DNA from: Oscillospiraceae bacterium
GTDB lineage: Bacteria > Bacillota > Clostridia > Oscillospirales > QAMX01
Direction of reading: 5' to 3'
DNA length: 64,000 nt
Assembly: GCA_015067825.1 (NCBI GenBank)
Contig: SVLQ01000001.1
Coordinates: forward strand, 12,485-76,484
Shown here: positions 9,700 through 18,193 of the stretch, piece by piece
How positions within the stretch are numbered: position 1 is the stretch's first letter
Layout of the letters: the number at the start of each line of letters is the position of its first letter
Position numbers and translations under genes: made by a program
The notes under the pieces: generated by a model
Seen by the model: the letters and a program-made list of their open reading frames with translations, nothing else
Told to the model about the DNA's origin: nothing
Database searches by the model: none

Positions 9700-11094
9700 A
9701 TGATGATCAGAAACCGACTGTTATATTTATTTCTCGCCTGCGTGATGCTGTTTGGTGTGTGCGCTTCGTGCGCCTCCGACACCCCCGATACACCGCAGAC
9801 GCCCGCCACTTCGGCGAGTACAACGACCGGCGTGTCCACACCTCCGCAGACCACAACGGAGCAAACAACTACTTCCGCAACAACCACCACGGAAGCGACT
9901 ACCACAGAAGTAACGACCACGGAAGTGACGACCACGCCACTTGCAACTACTACACCTGCGGCAACGACGACCTCTTCCGAAACCACGACCACCGCATCTA
10001 CACCGCAGACGATGCAGCCGGTCACGCTGATTCCGCCTCCGACGACTACCGCGGCAACAACAACTCCTCCGGTGACTACGCCGATTGCGACAACAACGCC
10101 GGACGCTACCACCGCACCCGACACAACGACGACCGCGCCGACCTCGGAAGTGACGCATTCCAGCCGCGATGAAAGTGCCAAGGTGATCGACACCGGCGCG
10201 GTGCTTGTCATCGGCAACGCGGCGATGGAACACTACTACGGCGTTGATAAGGTGCTGAAATCCTATGCCAACACTGTTTCGACGATCAAAGCGCAGCTTC
10301 CGACGGTAAACGTCTACGCGATGTTCTGTCCGAGTGCGGTCGAGTTCTGTGCGCCGTCGAAATATCAGGCAGGAACGCGCTCACAGCAGCGTGCGATGAA
10401 TGTGATCTATGAGAACCTGCAAAACGGTGCGATTGGCGTTGATGTCTGGAGCGAACTGAATGCCCACGCCGACGAGTATCTCTATTTCCGCACCGACCAC
10501 CACTGGACACAGCGCGGCGCCTACTACGGTTACGTCGCTTTCTGCAAAGCCGCCGGCCTTGTTCCGCACGAAATGGACGAATACGAGACGGGAAAAGTGC
10601 AGAACTTCGTTGGTACGATGAGCATGTACGCCAAGGATTACGCCGACCGTTTCTACAATAACCCCGACTACGTCGAGTATTTCCGACCGCTGAACCCGTC
10701 TGCGATGACGGTCTACACCTCGCCGAAGATGACCAACGGCAGTGCTCGTTCGGTGATGGCTAGCCAGGAAGCGGCAGACCAGATGGCGCGCTACGCCAAG
10801 TACAGTATGTTTATCTCCGGCGATAATCCGATTTCCCATATCGTCAGCGAAACCGTCAAAAACGGCCGCATTGCCATCGTCACCAAAGAATCCTACGGCA
10901 ACGCCGTTGTTCCGTTCCTAACCGACCACTTTGAAGAGATCTACGTGATCGACCCGCGCCAGTTTAACGCCAACGGCAAACCTTCTCTGAACCTGATCAG
11001 CTTTGCCACGCAGGTCGGCGCAACCGACGTGATCTGCATCAACGCCGCCGTGCTGTTGCCGGGCATCAACAGCTATCTGAAGAAAATGCTCTGA
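9700..11094 (+). CDS. DHHW-family protein (AlgX/AlgJ-like SGNH fold) with signal peptide and Thr-rich linker
   Basis: YFRTDHHWTQRGAYYGY motif; N-terminal hydrophobic signal ending in CASCAS. Confidence 0.7.
   Translation: MMIRNRLLYLFLACVMLFGVCASCASDTPDTPQTPATSASTTTGVSTPPQTTTEQTTTSATTTTEATTTEVTTTEVTTTPLATTTPAATTTSSETTTTASTPQTMQPVTLIPPPTTTAATTTPPVTTPIATTTPDATTAPDTTTTAPTSEVTHSSRDESAKVIDTGAVLVIGNAAMEHYYGVDKVLKSYANTVSTIKAQLPTVNVYAMFCPSAVEFCAPSKYQAGTRSQQRAMNVIYENLQNGAIGVDVWSELNAHADEYLYFRTDHHWTQRGAYYGYVAFCKAAGLVPHEMDEYETGKVQNFVGTMSMYAKDYADRFYNNPDYVEYFRPLNPSAMTVYTSPKMTNGSARSVMASQEAADQMARYAKYSMFISGDNPISHIVSETVKNGRIAIVTKESYGNAVVPFLTDHFEEIYVIDPRQFNANGKPSLNLISFATQVGATDVICINAAVLLPGINSYLKKML
9778..10146 (+). 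repeat. low-complexity Thr/Pro/Ala-rich linker coding region
   Basis: About 120 codons dominated by ACN codons (TTTEATTTEVTTTEVTTTP...); in frame inside the DHHW CDS. Confidence 0.8.
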
Positions 11095-11100
11095 TCCGTA

Positions 11101-11139
11101 TCCCTGTGAGGCTTTGTGCTTCACAGGGATTTCTTTTTT
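11101..11139 (+). terminator. rho-independent terminator after the DHHW gene
   Basis: Stem TCCCTGTGA / TCACAGGGA followed by TTTCTTTTTT. Confidence 0.7.
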
Positions 11140-11151
11140 GCGAAAACGCGC

Positions 11152-11180
11152 TTGTCAGAGAGGGGAGAATGTGGTATAAT
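11152..11180 (+). promoter_or_regulatory. candidate sigma-70 promoter (extended -10)
   Basis: TTGTCA (11152-57), 17 nt, TGgTATAAT (TATAAT at 11175-80). Confidence 0.5.
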
Positions 11181-11246
11181 ACGCTATGGTATTTTTATCA
11201 TGGCGTAGTTTTTTCATTTGGAAGATAACCCGCCTATGGAGGATAT

Positions 11247-12068
11247 ATGCTCGTAGATTTGCACGCTCATACGATCTCTTCGCCCGATGGCCACGATACG
11301 ATCGAAGCGATGGCTGCCCGCGCCGACGAGCTGGGCATCGATATTTTAGGTATCACCGACCACTGCGATGCGATGGCAACCCGGCCGTACCTCGGATTTT
11401 TCAGCGAGGACATGGGCTGTCCGGAATTCCACGAGGACGAAATGCGCGAGCGTTTTTTTGCCGCACGTGAGAACGGGAAGCACCGCGTAAAGCTTCTTTA
11501 CGGGATTGAGCTCGGCGAGCCGAACCTGCGCCCACAGGAGACTCGTGAGGTGCTTGCGCGCAACAGCTTTGACGTGGTGCTAGGCTCGGTTCACACGTTC
11601 CTCAAAGACTGTGAGCCCGACCGCATCGATTTTGCCGAAACACATCCCAACGAGGTCGTTCGCTACTATCTGCGCGAAGTCTACGACACCGTCAAACTCG
11701 GCGGCATCGACGTGCTCTGCCACCTTGACTATCCGCTGCGCTATCTGCCGGCCTATCCGGGATTTTCGCAGAGTCTGAAGCCGTTTGAAGAAGAGATCCG
11801 TGCGATTCTGAAGCTGGCAGCGCAGAAGGGGATCGCGATGGAAATCAACGGCAAGAGCTACCGCAACGGCAAATTCCTGTTGGAGCCCTTCCTAATCGAC
11901 TGGTACCGCGAGGAAGGCGGCGAATACCTTTCCTATGGCAGCGATTCCCACCGCGCCGAGCAGCTTTTGCGTAGCTATAATGAAGCCAAAGCTTACGCTT
12001 TGGCACACGATATGAATTACTTTGTCTATTTTGAAAAACGCCGCCCGCATCCATACCGGATCGGCTGA
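11247..12068 (+). CDS. PHP-domain histidinol-phosphatase (HisJ) family protein
   Basis: MLVDLHAHT, ITDHCD, GSVH, HLDYPLRY and GSDSHR metal-ligand blocks; GGAGG RBS. Confidence 0.7.
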   Translation: MLVDLHAHTISSPDGHDTIEAMAARADELGIDILGITDHCDAMATRPYLGFFSEDMGCPEFHEDEMRERFFAARENGKHRVKLLYGIELGEPNLRPQETREVLARNSFDVVLGSVHTFLKDCEPDRIDFAETHPNEVVRYYLREVYDTVKLGGIDVLCHLDYPLRYLPAYPGFSQSLKPFEEEIRAILKLAAQKGIAMEINGKSYRNGKFLLEPFLIDWYREEGGEYLSYGSDSHRAEQLLRSYNEAKAYALAHDMNYFVYFEKRRPHPYRIG

Positions 12069-12087
12069 TCGGCGTGTGGAGGAACTT

Positions 12088-12582
12088 ATGGAGACGATTG
12101 ACACCAAAAAATTACTGATGCTGATGGAGACCAACGGCAAGATCACCTGCGCCCAGCTGGCGTCTATGCTCGGCTGCAGCGAACAGGACGTGACCGAAGC
12201 CGTCGGCACGCTGGAAAAGAATAAGACGATCCTCGGCTATTCCGCCATCGTCGACTGGGAAAAGACCGACCGCGAGCTCGTCACGGCGCTGATCGAAGTC
12301 AAGGTCGTTCCGCAGAGAGGCGAGGGCTTCGACCGCGTCGCCTCGCGTATCTACCAGTACAAAGAAGTCGACAGCGTTTATCTGATGAGCGGCGGCTTCG
12401 ATCTGATGGTTCTGATCGAAGGCAAAACGCTGAAGGAAGTCGCGCTGTTTGTGGCGCAGAAGCTGGCCGTGATGGAAGCAGTCAGTGCGACCGCGACGCA
12501 TTTCGTTTTGAAAAAATACAAAGACAAAGGCGTGATCTTCGCGGCCGAAGCCGCCGAAGACCGCCGCACCATGCTCGTCTGA
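12088..12582 (+). CDS. Lrp/AsnC family transcriptional regulator
   Basis: ORF track 12022..12582; ATG 12088 lies 5 nt after GGAGG. HTH segment ITCAQLASMLGCSEQDV plus a C-terminal RAM-like domain. Confidence 0.75.
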   Translation: METIDTKKLLMLMETNGKITCAQLASMLGCSEQDVTEAVGTLEKNKTILGYSAIVDWEKTDRELVTALIEVKVVPQRGEGFDRVASRIYQYKEVDSVYLMSGGFDLMVLIEGKTLKEVALFVAQKLAVMEAVSATATHFVLKKYKDKGVIFAAEAAEDRRTMLV

Positions 12583-12605
12583 TCGACGCAAAAGAGGAAC
12601 GAACT

Positions 12606-13772
12606 ATGCCCTTATCCGATAAATTCAACCAAACCGCCGTCGGCCTCAAGCCGAGCGGTATCCGCAAATTTTTTGATCTGACCTACACGATGGAAGACGT
12701 GGTCTCGCTCGGTATCGGCGAACCGGACTTCATCACGCCGTGGCACATCCGCGACGCCGGTATCTACTCGCTGGAAAAAGGCAACACGATGTACACGCCC
12801 AATCCCGGTCTGCCTGCGCTTCGTCAGGCGATCTCCGATTATCTGGCCCGCCGGTTTTCCATGCAGTACCGTGCAGAAGAAATCCTGGTCACGGTCGGCG
12901 GCAGCGAAGCCATCGATCTGGCGCTGCGCGCCTTCCTGGAACCGGGCGACGAGGTTATCATTCCGGAACCCTGCTTTGTCTGCTACGATCCGATCACGCG
13001 CCTGTGTGGCGGTGTTCCGGTGGGGCTGCCGACGCTGGCAGAGGATGAGTTCCGCCTGAATCCGGAGCTTTTGGAACGGGCGATCACGCCAAAAACTAAG
13101 GTCCTGATTCTGCCGTTCCCCAACAATCCCACCGGTGCGGTCATGCTGCGGGAGCATCTTGAACCGATCGCCGAAATCTGCATCAAGCACGATCTGATTG
13201 TCCTCAGTGACGAGATCTACGGAGAGCTGACGTATGGCGATCTGCGCCACGTTTCGATCTCTACGCTGCCCGGTATGCATGAGCGCACGATCGTGGTCTC
13301 CGGACTTTCCAAAAGCCATGCGATGACTGGCTGGCGTATCGGTTACGCCGCTGCGCCGATCGAAGCCGCCAAGCTGATGATCAAGATCCACCAGTTTGCG
13401 CTGATGTGTGCGCCGATTATGAGCCAGTACGCGGCGCTGGAGGCGATCGAAGCGGGCGATGAAGACATCGCCGAAATGCGCGAAGAGTACGACCGCCGCC
13501 GCCGTTTTATCACCGATGGGTTCAACCGCATTGGCCTGCCATGCTTTGAACCGCGCGGTGCCTTCTATGTTTTCCCCGACATCCGCCCGACCCGACTTTC
13601 CAGCGAGGAATTCTGCAAGCGGATGCTCTATGAAGAAAAGGTGGCTGTCGTTCCGGGCGATGCGTTTGGTGCGGCCGGCGAGGGCTTTGTCCGTTGCTCC
13701 TACGCCTACTCTGTGCAGAAAATCGCACTGGCACTGGAACGGATCGAATCGTTTGTTCAGAAACTTCGCTGA
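12606..13772 (+). CDS. pyridoxal-phosphate-dependent aminotransferase, class I
   Basis: SGLSKSHAMTGWRIGY (PLP-lysine block), PNNPTG, GEPDF. Confidence 0.85.
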   Translation: MPLSDKFNQTAVGLKPSGIRKFFDLTYTMEDVVSLGIGEPDFITPWHIRDAGIYSLEKGNTMYTPNPGLPALRQAISDYLARRFSMQYRAEEILVTVGGSEAIDLALRAFLEPGDEVIIPEPCFVCYDPITRLCGGVPVGLPTLAEDEFRLNPELLERAITPKTKVLILPFPNNPTGAVMLREHLEPIAEICIKHDLIVLSDEIYGELTYGDLRHVSISTLPGMHERTIVVSGLSKSHAMTGWRIGYAAAPIEAAKLMIKIHQFALMCAPIMSQYAALEAIEAGDEDIAEMREEYDRRRRFITDGFNRIGLPCFEPRGAFYVFPDIRPTRLSSEEFCKRMLYEEKVAVVPGDAFGAAGEGFVRCSYAYSVQKIALALERIESFVQKLR

Positions 13773-13786
13773 AAGGGCGTGTTATC

Positions 13787-14929
13787 ATGTATGATCTCAA
13801 GGATCGCCGCGTTGTCGTAACGCGCTGCATTGGCTATGGCGACGAGGTACTCGACCGTGCGCTCGACCGAATCTTCTCCGTCTTTCCGATCGCAAAGGCG
13901 GTAAAAGGGAAATCCGTTTTGATCAAGGCGAACTTGCTGACGGCTCACGCCCCCGAAAAGGCAGCAACGACGCATCCTGCCGCAGTTGCCGCACTTGCGC
14001 GGCGGTTGTATGCTGAAGGTGCATCCTCTGTGGTCATCGGCGACAGTCCCGGCGGTATCTTTACCAAAGCCGCGCTGGATGTTGTCTACAAGGCGACCGG
14101 CATGATCGAAGCGGCAACCGAAAGCGGTGCAACACTGAACTATCTGACCGAAGAAGCCGATATCGAATTCCGAAACGGCAAAAAGACCATGCGCCTTGCC
14201 GCCTATGTGCGCTCGGCCGATGTTGTGATTTCCTTTGCCAAGCTCAAAACGCATACATATGCCCGCATGACAGCTGCCGTCAAAAACCTCTACGGTGCGG
14301 TTGCCGGATTGGAAAAAGCAAAATACCACGCGAAAATCCCCGATCGCGCCAAGTTTGCCAAGCTACTTTGCGATATCTGCGATACGGTTGCTCCGGACTT
14401 CTCGATAATTGACGGTGTGCTCGGCATGGAAGGGCAGGGGCCCGGTACCGGCGATCCCAAGTGGGCGAACTGTCTGATCGCCGCGCAAAACCCGTATTGT
14501 GCCGACCTTGCGGCTGCCGCGATCATCGGTATGCCGGCCGAACGTGTTCCAACGATCGTCGAGGGGATTCGCCGTGGGTATTCGCCGGCATCGGCGGACG
14601 ATTTAAAAATCAAAGGCCTCTCGCTCGAAAAAGCTGCCGTGCGTTTTATGCCGCCGCCGTACATGCGTGATTCTGGCCTGCTTTCGCTGCTGCCCGGTTC
14701 GCTCAAGGCACCGGTCGCGCGGTTTATGGAACCATTCCCGATTGTCTCCGAAAAATGTGTCGGCTGCGGCGAATGTGCGCGCGCCTGTCCCAAACACACG
14801 ATCCGCATCCAAAATAAAAAAGCCGTGATCGATCACTCTGCCTGCATCAAATGCTATTGCTGCCACGAAATGTGCCGTTTGAAGGCGATTGATCTGAAAA
14901 AACGGTTGATCATGCCGAAAAAAGGATAA
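13787..14929 (+). CDS. DUF362 domain protein with C-terminal 2x[4Fe-4S] ferredoxin domain
   Basis: ORF track 13694..14929; start moved to ATG 13787. CVGCGECARACP and CIKCYCCHEMC motifs. Confidence 0.7.
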   Translation: MYDLKDRRVVVTRCIGYGDEVLDRALDRIFSVFPIAKAVKGKSVLIKANLLTAHAPEKAATTHPAAVAALARRLYAEGASSVVIGDSPGGIFTKAALDVVYKATGMIEAATESGATLNYLTEEADIEFRNGKKTMRLAAYVRSADVVISFAKLKTHTYARMTAAVKNLYGAVAGLEKAKYHAKIPDRAKFAKLLCDICDTVAPDFSIIDGVLGMEGQGPGTGDPKWANCLIAAQNPYCADLAAAAIIGMPAERVPTIVEGIRRGYSPASADDLKIKGLSLEKAAVRFMPPPYMRDSGLLSLLPGSLKAPVARFMEPFPIVSEKCVGCGECARACPKHTIRIQNKKAVIDHSACIKCYCCHEMCRLKAIDLKKRLIMPKKG

Positions 14930-14931
14930 GT

Positions 14932-15810
14932 ATGAAGAAGTTGACGATATCGGCGCCTGCCAAAATCAACCTGACGCTCGACGTGCTCGCACGCCGTGCA
15001 GACGGCTATCACGAACTGAGCACGGTCATGCAGTCGCTCTCTCTTGCTGACACTGTTGAAGTCGAGGTCGAGCCCTCTGCTGAAACCGTGATCGAGCTGA
15101 CCTGCGACAAGCCCTTTGTTCCGACGGACGAGCGCAATATCGCGGTCAAGGCGGCAAACGCATTCTTGCAGCATGCCAGAATGCATGCGCACGTGCGGAT
15201 TGCCCTGCAAAAACGGATCCCGGTCGGAGCCGGTATGGGCGGCGGCAGTACCGATGCTGCGGCTGTGCTGCGTGGACTTGATGCGCTTCTTTGCCCCGGA
15301 TTCTCAGCGGAAACGATGAATGCGCTTGCCAAATCGATCGGTGCGGACGTTCCGTTTGTGCTGCAGGGAGGCTGCGCTTTGGCTGAGGGCATCGGCGAAG
15401 CACTGCAACCGATTCCTGTGTTTTCCGGCATCCCGCTGGTGATCTGCAAACCGCGCGCTTCCGCGTCGACCAAGGAAATTTTCACCCGCTTGAAGGTGGA
15501 TGCAATCGCCGAACACCCGGATACCGCCGGTGTGATAGAAGCGATCCGCGAGAAAAATCTTTCCGCGCTGGTTTACCGCCTCTTCAATGTGTTGGAACCT
15601 GTGACGACAGAGCTTTGCCCGGCCATTGGCGAATACCGTCGGGCGCTTCTGAAAAACGGAGCGATGGGTGCGGCCATGACTGGCAGCGGCACGGCCGTAT
15701 TCGGCGTGTTCGCCGATCACGCTGCCGCTGCGAAGGCGGCCAAGGCATTGCGCTCGGTGTGCGATCAGGTATGGCAAGCCGAAACTATCTGCGAAAACAA
15801 GTCTCTTTGA
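14932..15810 (+). CDS. ispE: 4-diphosphocytidyl-2-C-methyl-D-erythritol kinase
   Basis: APAKINLTLDV, GYHEL, KRIPVGAGMGGGSTDAAAVL (GHMP kinase motif). Confidence 0.85.
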   Translation: MKKLTISAPAKINLTLDVLARRADGYHELSTVMQSLSLADTVEVEVEPSAETVIELTCDKPFVPTDERNIAVKAANAFLQHARMHAHVRIALQKRIPVGAGMGGGSTDAAAVLRGLDALLCPGFSAETMNALAKSIGADVPFVLQGGCALAEGIGEALQPIPVFSGIPLVICKPRASASTKEIFTRLKVDAIAEHPDTAGVIEAIREKNLSALVYRLFNVLEPVTTELCPAIGEYRRALLKNGAMGAAMTGSGTAVFGVFADHAAAAKAAKALRSVCDQVWQAETICENKSL

Positions 15811-15833
15811 AATCATTAATGATAAAACCGGCT

Positions 15834-15873
15834 CTGCGCTTTACTGCGCAGAGCCGGTTTTTTAGGTTATATT
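15834..15873. terminator. bidirectional terminator (ispE / SBP convergent)
   Basis: 16-bp perfect stem AAAACCGGCTCTGCGC / GCGCAGAGCCGGTTTT. Confidence 0.8.
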
Positions 15874-15897
15874 GTCGGGAACGATGCGTTCGGTTGA

Positions 15898-17346
15898 TTA
15901 ATAACCGAAGAGAGCGTCGATCGCGGCCTGGAGGCTGCTGTGGACGGTTTCAATCGCAGCGGCCGGACCAAGGGTCTGAACCAGGTAAGCGGCCTGGTCA
16001 AGAGCGTCCTTGATGTCGGGGCTGAAACGCGTCGCCTGAGCGCGGGCACCCGGGAAGCAGTAGTCTTCGAGAACTTCGAGGGATTCGTCGTCTCTCAGGT
16101 AGGTCTTGAGGTATTCGCGTTCGGCTTCCTTATCGGTAACTTCGGTCGCGAGTCTGGCCATGATTTCGCAGGAGGTGACCCAATCTTTGTTCGCGTTCTG
16201 CAGAACGAAGACGTTGAGATCCGGGATAACGTAGCTGTATTTTTCAGCCTGCGGGCCCTTCGGGATCGGAACGATACCGTAGTCGAATTCGCACATTTCG
16301 TTGGCGCCGCCGGAACCGTAGTGACCGCCGTAGAGGCAGCCGAACGCGGCGTTGCCTTCGTAGAAGGTGGCTCTGCGGACGGTGTTGTCCGGAGCATCGG
16401 CGTAGGAGTATTCGAGGTCGGTGGCGATCGTGAGAACGAAGGTCAGCGATTCGATGATCTGCGGAGTGGCGAAGCCGGACTGCCATTTGCCCTGGCTTTC
16501 GTCGAAGTACATCAGACCGATGCCGTTGGATTCGAGCTCGGATTCGATGTCGACCATGGTCTGGCCGTGGATATCGATGCGGCCGTCACCGTCGGTGTCG
16601 TTAGAGACCGTAGCGGCGATTTCCATGAAGAGTTCCCAGGTCCATTCGTAATCGCGAACGGCCTGGTAAATGTCGTCAGCCTTGTAGCCGTGCTGCTCGA
16701 GCAGGGGCTTGTTGAAGACGTAGGTGAAGCCGATGTTGTTGATGAAGTACTTACCGGCCATGGCGCAGCCCCAAATGCTGCCGTCGTGCAGGTTGGCGAG
16801 CTGGGTGTAGACCTGGTCGAACTGGCCTTCGTCGTTGACGTTCAGACCGGTGGCGAGAACTTCTTCGGAGTTCAGGTTGCGGATCGCGTTGTTGACAGCA
16901 GCCGGAGCCCAAGCTCTCTGGGAGCAGTTGATGAAGTCGGCGAGCTTGTCGCCAGACATCGCGTGGGTGAGAATCGCTTCTTCCGGCGTTTCAACACCAG
17001 TGACGGCGAAGGTGATGTCGAGTTCTTCTTCCAGCGTGGCGTAGATGTCCATGAGTTCTTCTTCCAGTGCGTTGGACGGCTCGGTCACGAACATCTCGGC
17101 AGCGGGGTTGGCCAGAACAAATTCATAGCCGTTGTAACCAGTGTATTCGGTGGTGGCTTCCGTCGTGGTAGCCTCGGTGGTGGTAGCCTCGGTAGTGGTA
17201 GCAGCAGTGGTGGTAGCAGCCGTTGTGGTGGCAGCGGTGGTGCTCGTCGTCGTCGCAGCGGGGTCTTCCGAACCGCCGCAGGCAGCAAACATTGCTGTCA
17301 GCATGACGATCACGAGGAGCATCGAAAGGATGCGTTTTCCGTTCAT
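15898..17346 (-). CDS. extracellular solute-binding lipoprotein (ABC-type), orphan
   Basis: Signal peptide with FAAC lipobox and Thr-rich linker; size and fold class typical of family-1 SBPs. No permease or ATPase genes adjacent. Confidence 0.6.
   Translation of the reverse strand: MNGKRILSMLLVIVMLTAMFAACGGSEDPAATTTSTTAATTTAATTTAATTTEATTTEATTTEATTEYTGYNGYEFVLANPAAEMFVTEPSNALEEELMDIYATLEEELDITFAVTGVETPEEAILTHAMSGDKLADFINCSQRAWAPAAVNNAIRNLNSEEVLATGLNVNDEGQFDQVYTQLANLHDGSIWGCAMAGKYFINNIGFTYVFNKPLLEQHGYKADDIYQAVRDYEWTWELFMEIAATVSNDTDGDGRIDIHGQTMVDIESELESNGIGLMYFDESQGKWQSGFATPQIIESLTFVLTIATDLEYSYADAPDNTVRRATFYEGNAAFGCLYGGHYGSGGANEMCEFDYGIVPIPKGPQAEKYSYVIPDLNVFVLQNANKDWVTSCEIMARLATEVTDKEAEREYLKTYLRDDESLEVLEDYCFPGARAQATRFSPDIKDALDQAAYLVQTLGPAAAIETVHSSLQAAIDALFGY
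17149..17271 (-). repeat. low-complexity Thr/Ala-rich linker coding region
   Basis: TTTSTTAATTTAATTTAATTTEATTTEATTTEATTE inside the SBP CDS. Confidence 0.8.
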
Positions 17347-17415
17347 GCGTGATCCTCCTTAATTTTGCGGATGATTTAACATCCTACTATGATGAAATAA
17401 TTATGCCATAGGTGT

Positions 17416-17450
17416 CAAAAAAAGTCAACCATTTTGGTTGACTTTTTTTG
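17416..17450. terminator. palindromic terminator downstream of the PII-like gene
   Basis: Stem AAAAAAAGTCAACC / GGTTGACTTTTTTT, loop ATTTT. Confidence 0.6.
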
Positions 17451-17477
17451 TAAATATATAAAACTTATGAAAAAACG

Positions 17478-18182
17478 TTAATTACCGGCAACTTGATCGA
17501 GATAAGCCTCTCTGAGTCCGGCAACCGAGTTCACCGGAATCGAGAAAATCACCGATTTGGCGGCACTTTGCATACCGGCCGCTGTCGAAATCGCCTTCAT
17601 AACGGCATTTTTGATTTCCGATTTCAAAACAATGAAGATCATTTCTCTTTCCGGTGCCAGCGAGATGCCAAAGAACTTATCGGCCTGTTCGCTGCTGGCC
17701 GCGCCGCGGGCGTGCACAACGGTACCGCCACCGGCACCTGCGGCGTACGCCGCGTCCATAACGGTATCTACGTAAGCTTTATTGGTAATCACAACGACCA
17801 GCTCGTATGCACGGTTTGTTTCGCTCATCTTCTGCTCCTCCTTGCTGTCTTCAGACGTACTGTTTAAGTATTGCAGCGTTGCCGAACCGGCAATGCTGGA
17901 AACGGGGACGGTGTAGGCAATGCCGTTGCCGGCCGCGTCGATATTCATTTGATAAATAAGCTTTTTCAAAAGGTCGCGCGCTTTTGCGTCGGGGACAACG
18001 CACATGAAAACTTCTTTTTCGCTCTCCGCCAGACCAAGCATCCGGAGAATGTTGTCACGGGCCGTACCCATGCCCAGCATCCTGAGCGCAAGCGGAATAT
18101 TCTCTCTGTAGAAGAATGCGGAAAATTCGTCCGCCTGGCTGCGCTTGACGATCGTAATTAAATATGAAAGCTGCATAGCCAA
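17478..18182 (-). CDS. tandem P-II-like protein (degenerate N-terminal repeat plus clear C-terminal P-II domain)
   Basis: C-half YELVVVITNKAYVDTVMDAAYAAGAGGGTVVHARG ... MIFIVLKSEIKNAVMKAI ... VIFSIPVNSV matches the GlnB/P-II fold pattern. Confidence 0.55.
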   Translation of the reverse strand: MAMQLSYLITIVKRSQADEFSAFFYRENIPLALRMLGMGTARDNILRMLGLAESEKEVFMCVVPDAKARDLLKKLIYQMNIDAAGNGIAYTVPVSSIAGSATLQYLNSTSEDSKEEQKMSETNRAYELVVVITNKAYVDTVMDAAYAAGAGGGTVVHARGAASSEQADKFFGISLAPEREMIFIVLKSEIKNAVMKAISTAAGMQSAAKSVIFSIPVNSVAGLREAYLDQVAGN

Positions 18183-18193
18183 ACTCCTTTCTG

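Noticed and set aside
9778-10146. Highly repetitive ACN-rich DNA here (also at 17149-17271 and 45916-46095) could be mistaken for tandem repeats, satellite DNA or a degenerate CRISPR-like array.
   Set aside because: There are no regularly spaced identical repeats with unique spacers. The regions are in frame within signal-peptide proteins and encode Thr/Ala/Pro linkers.
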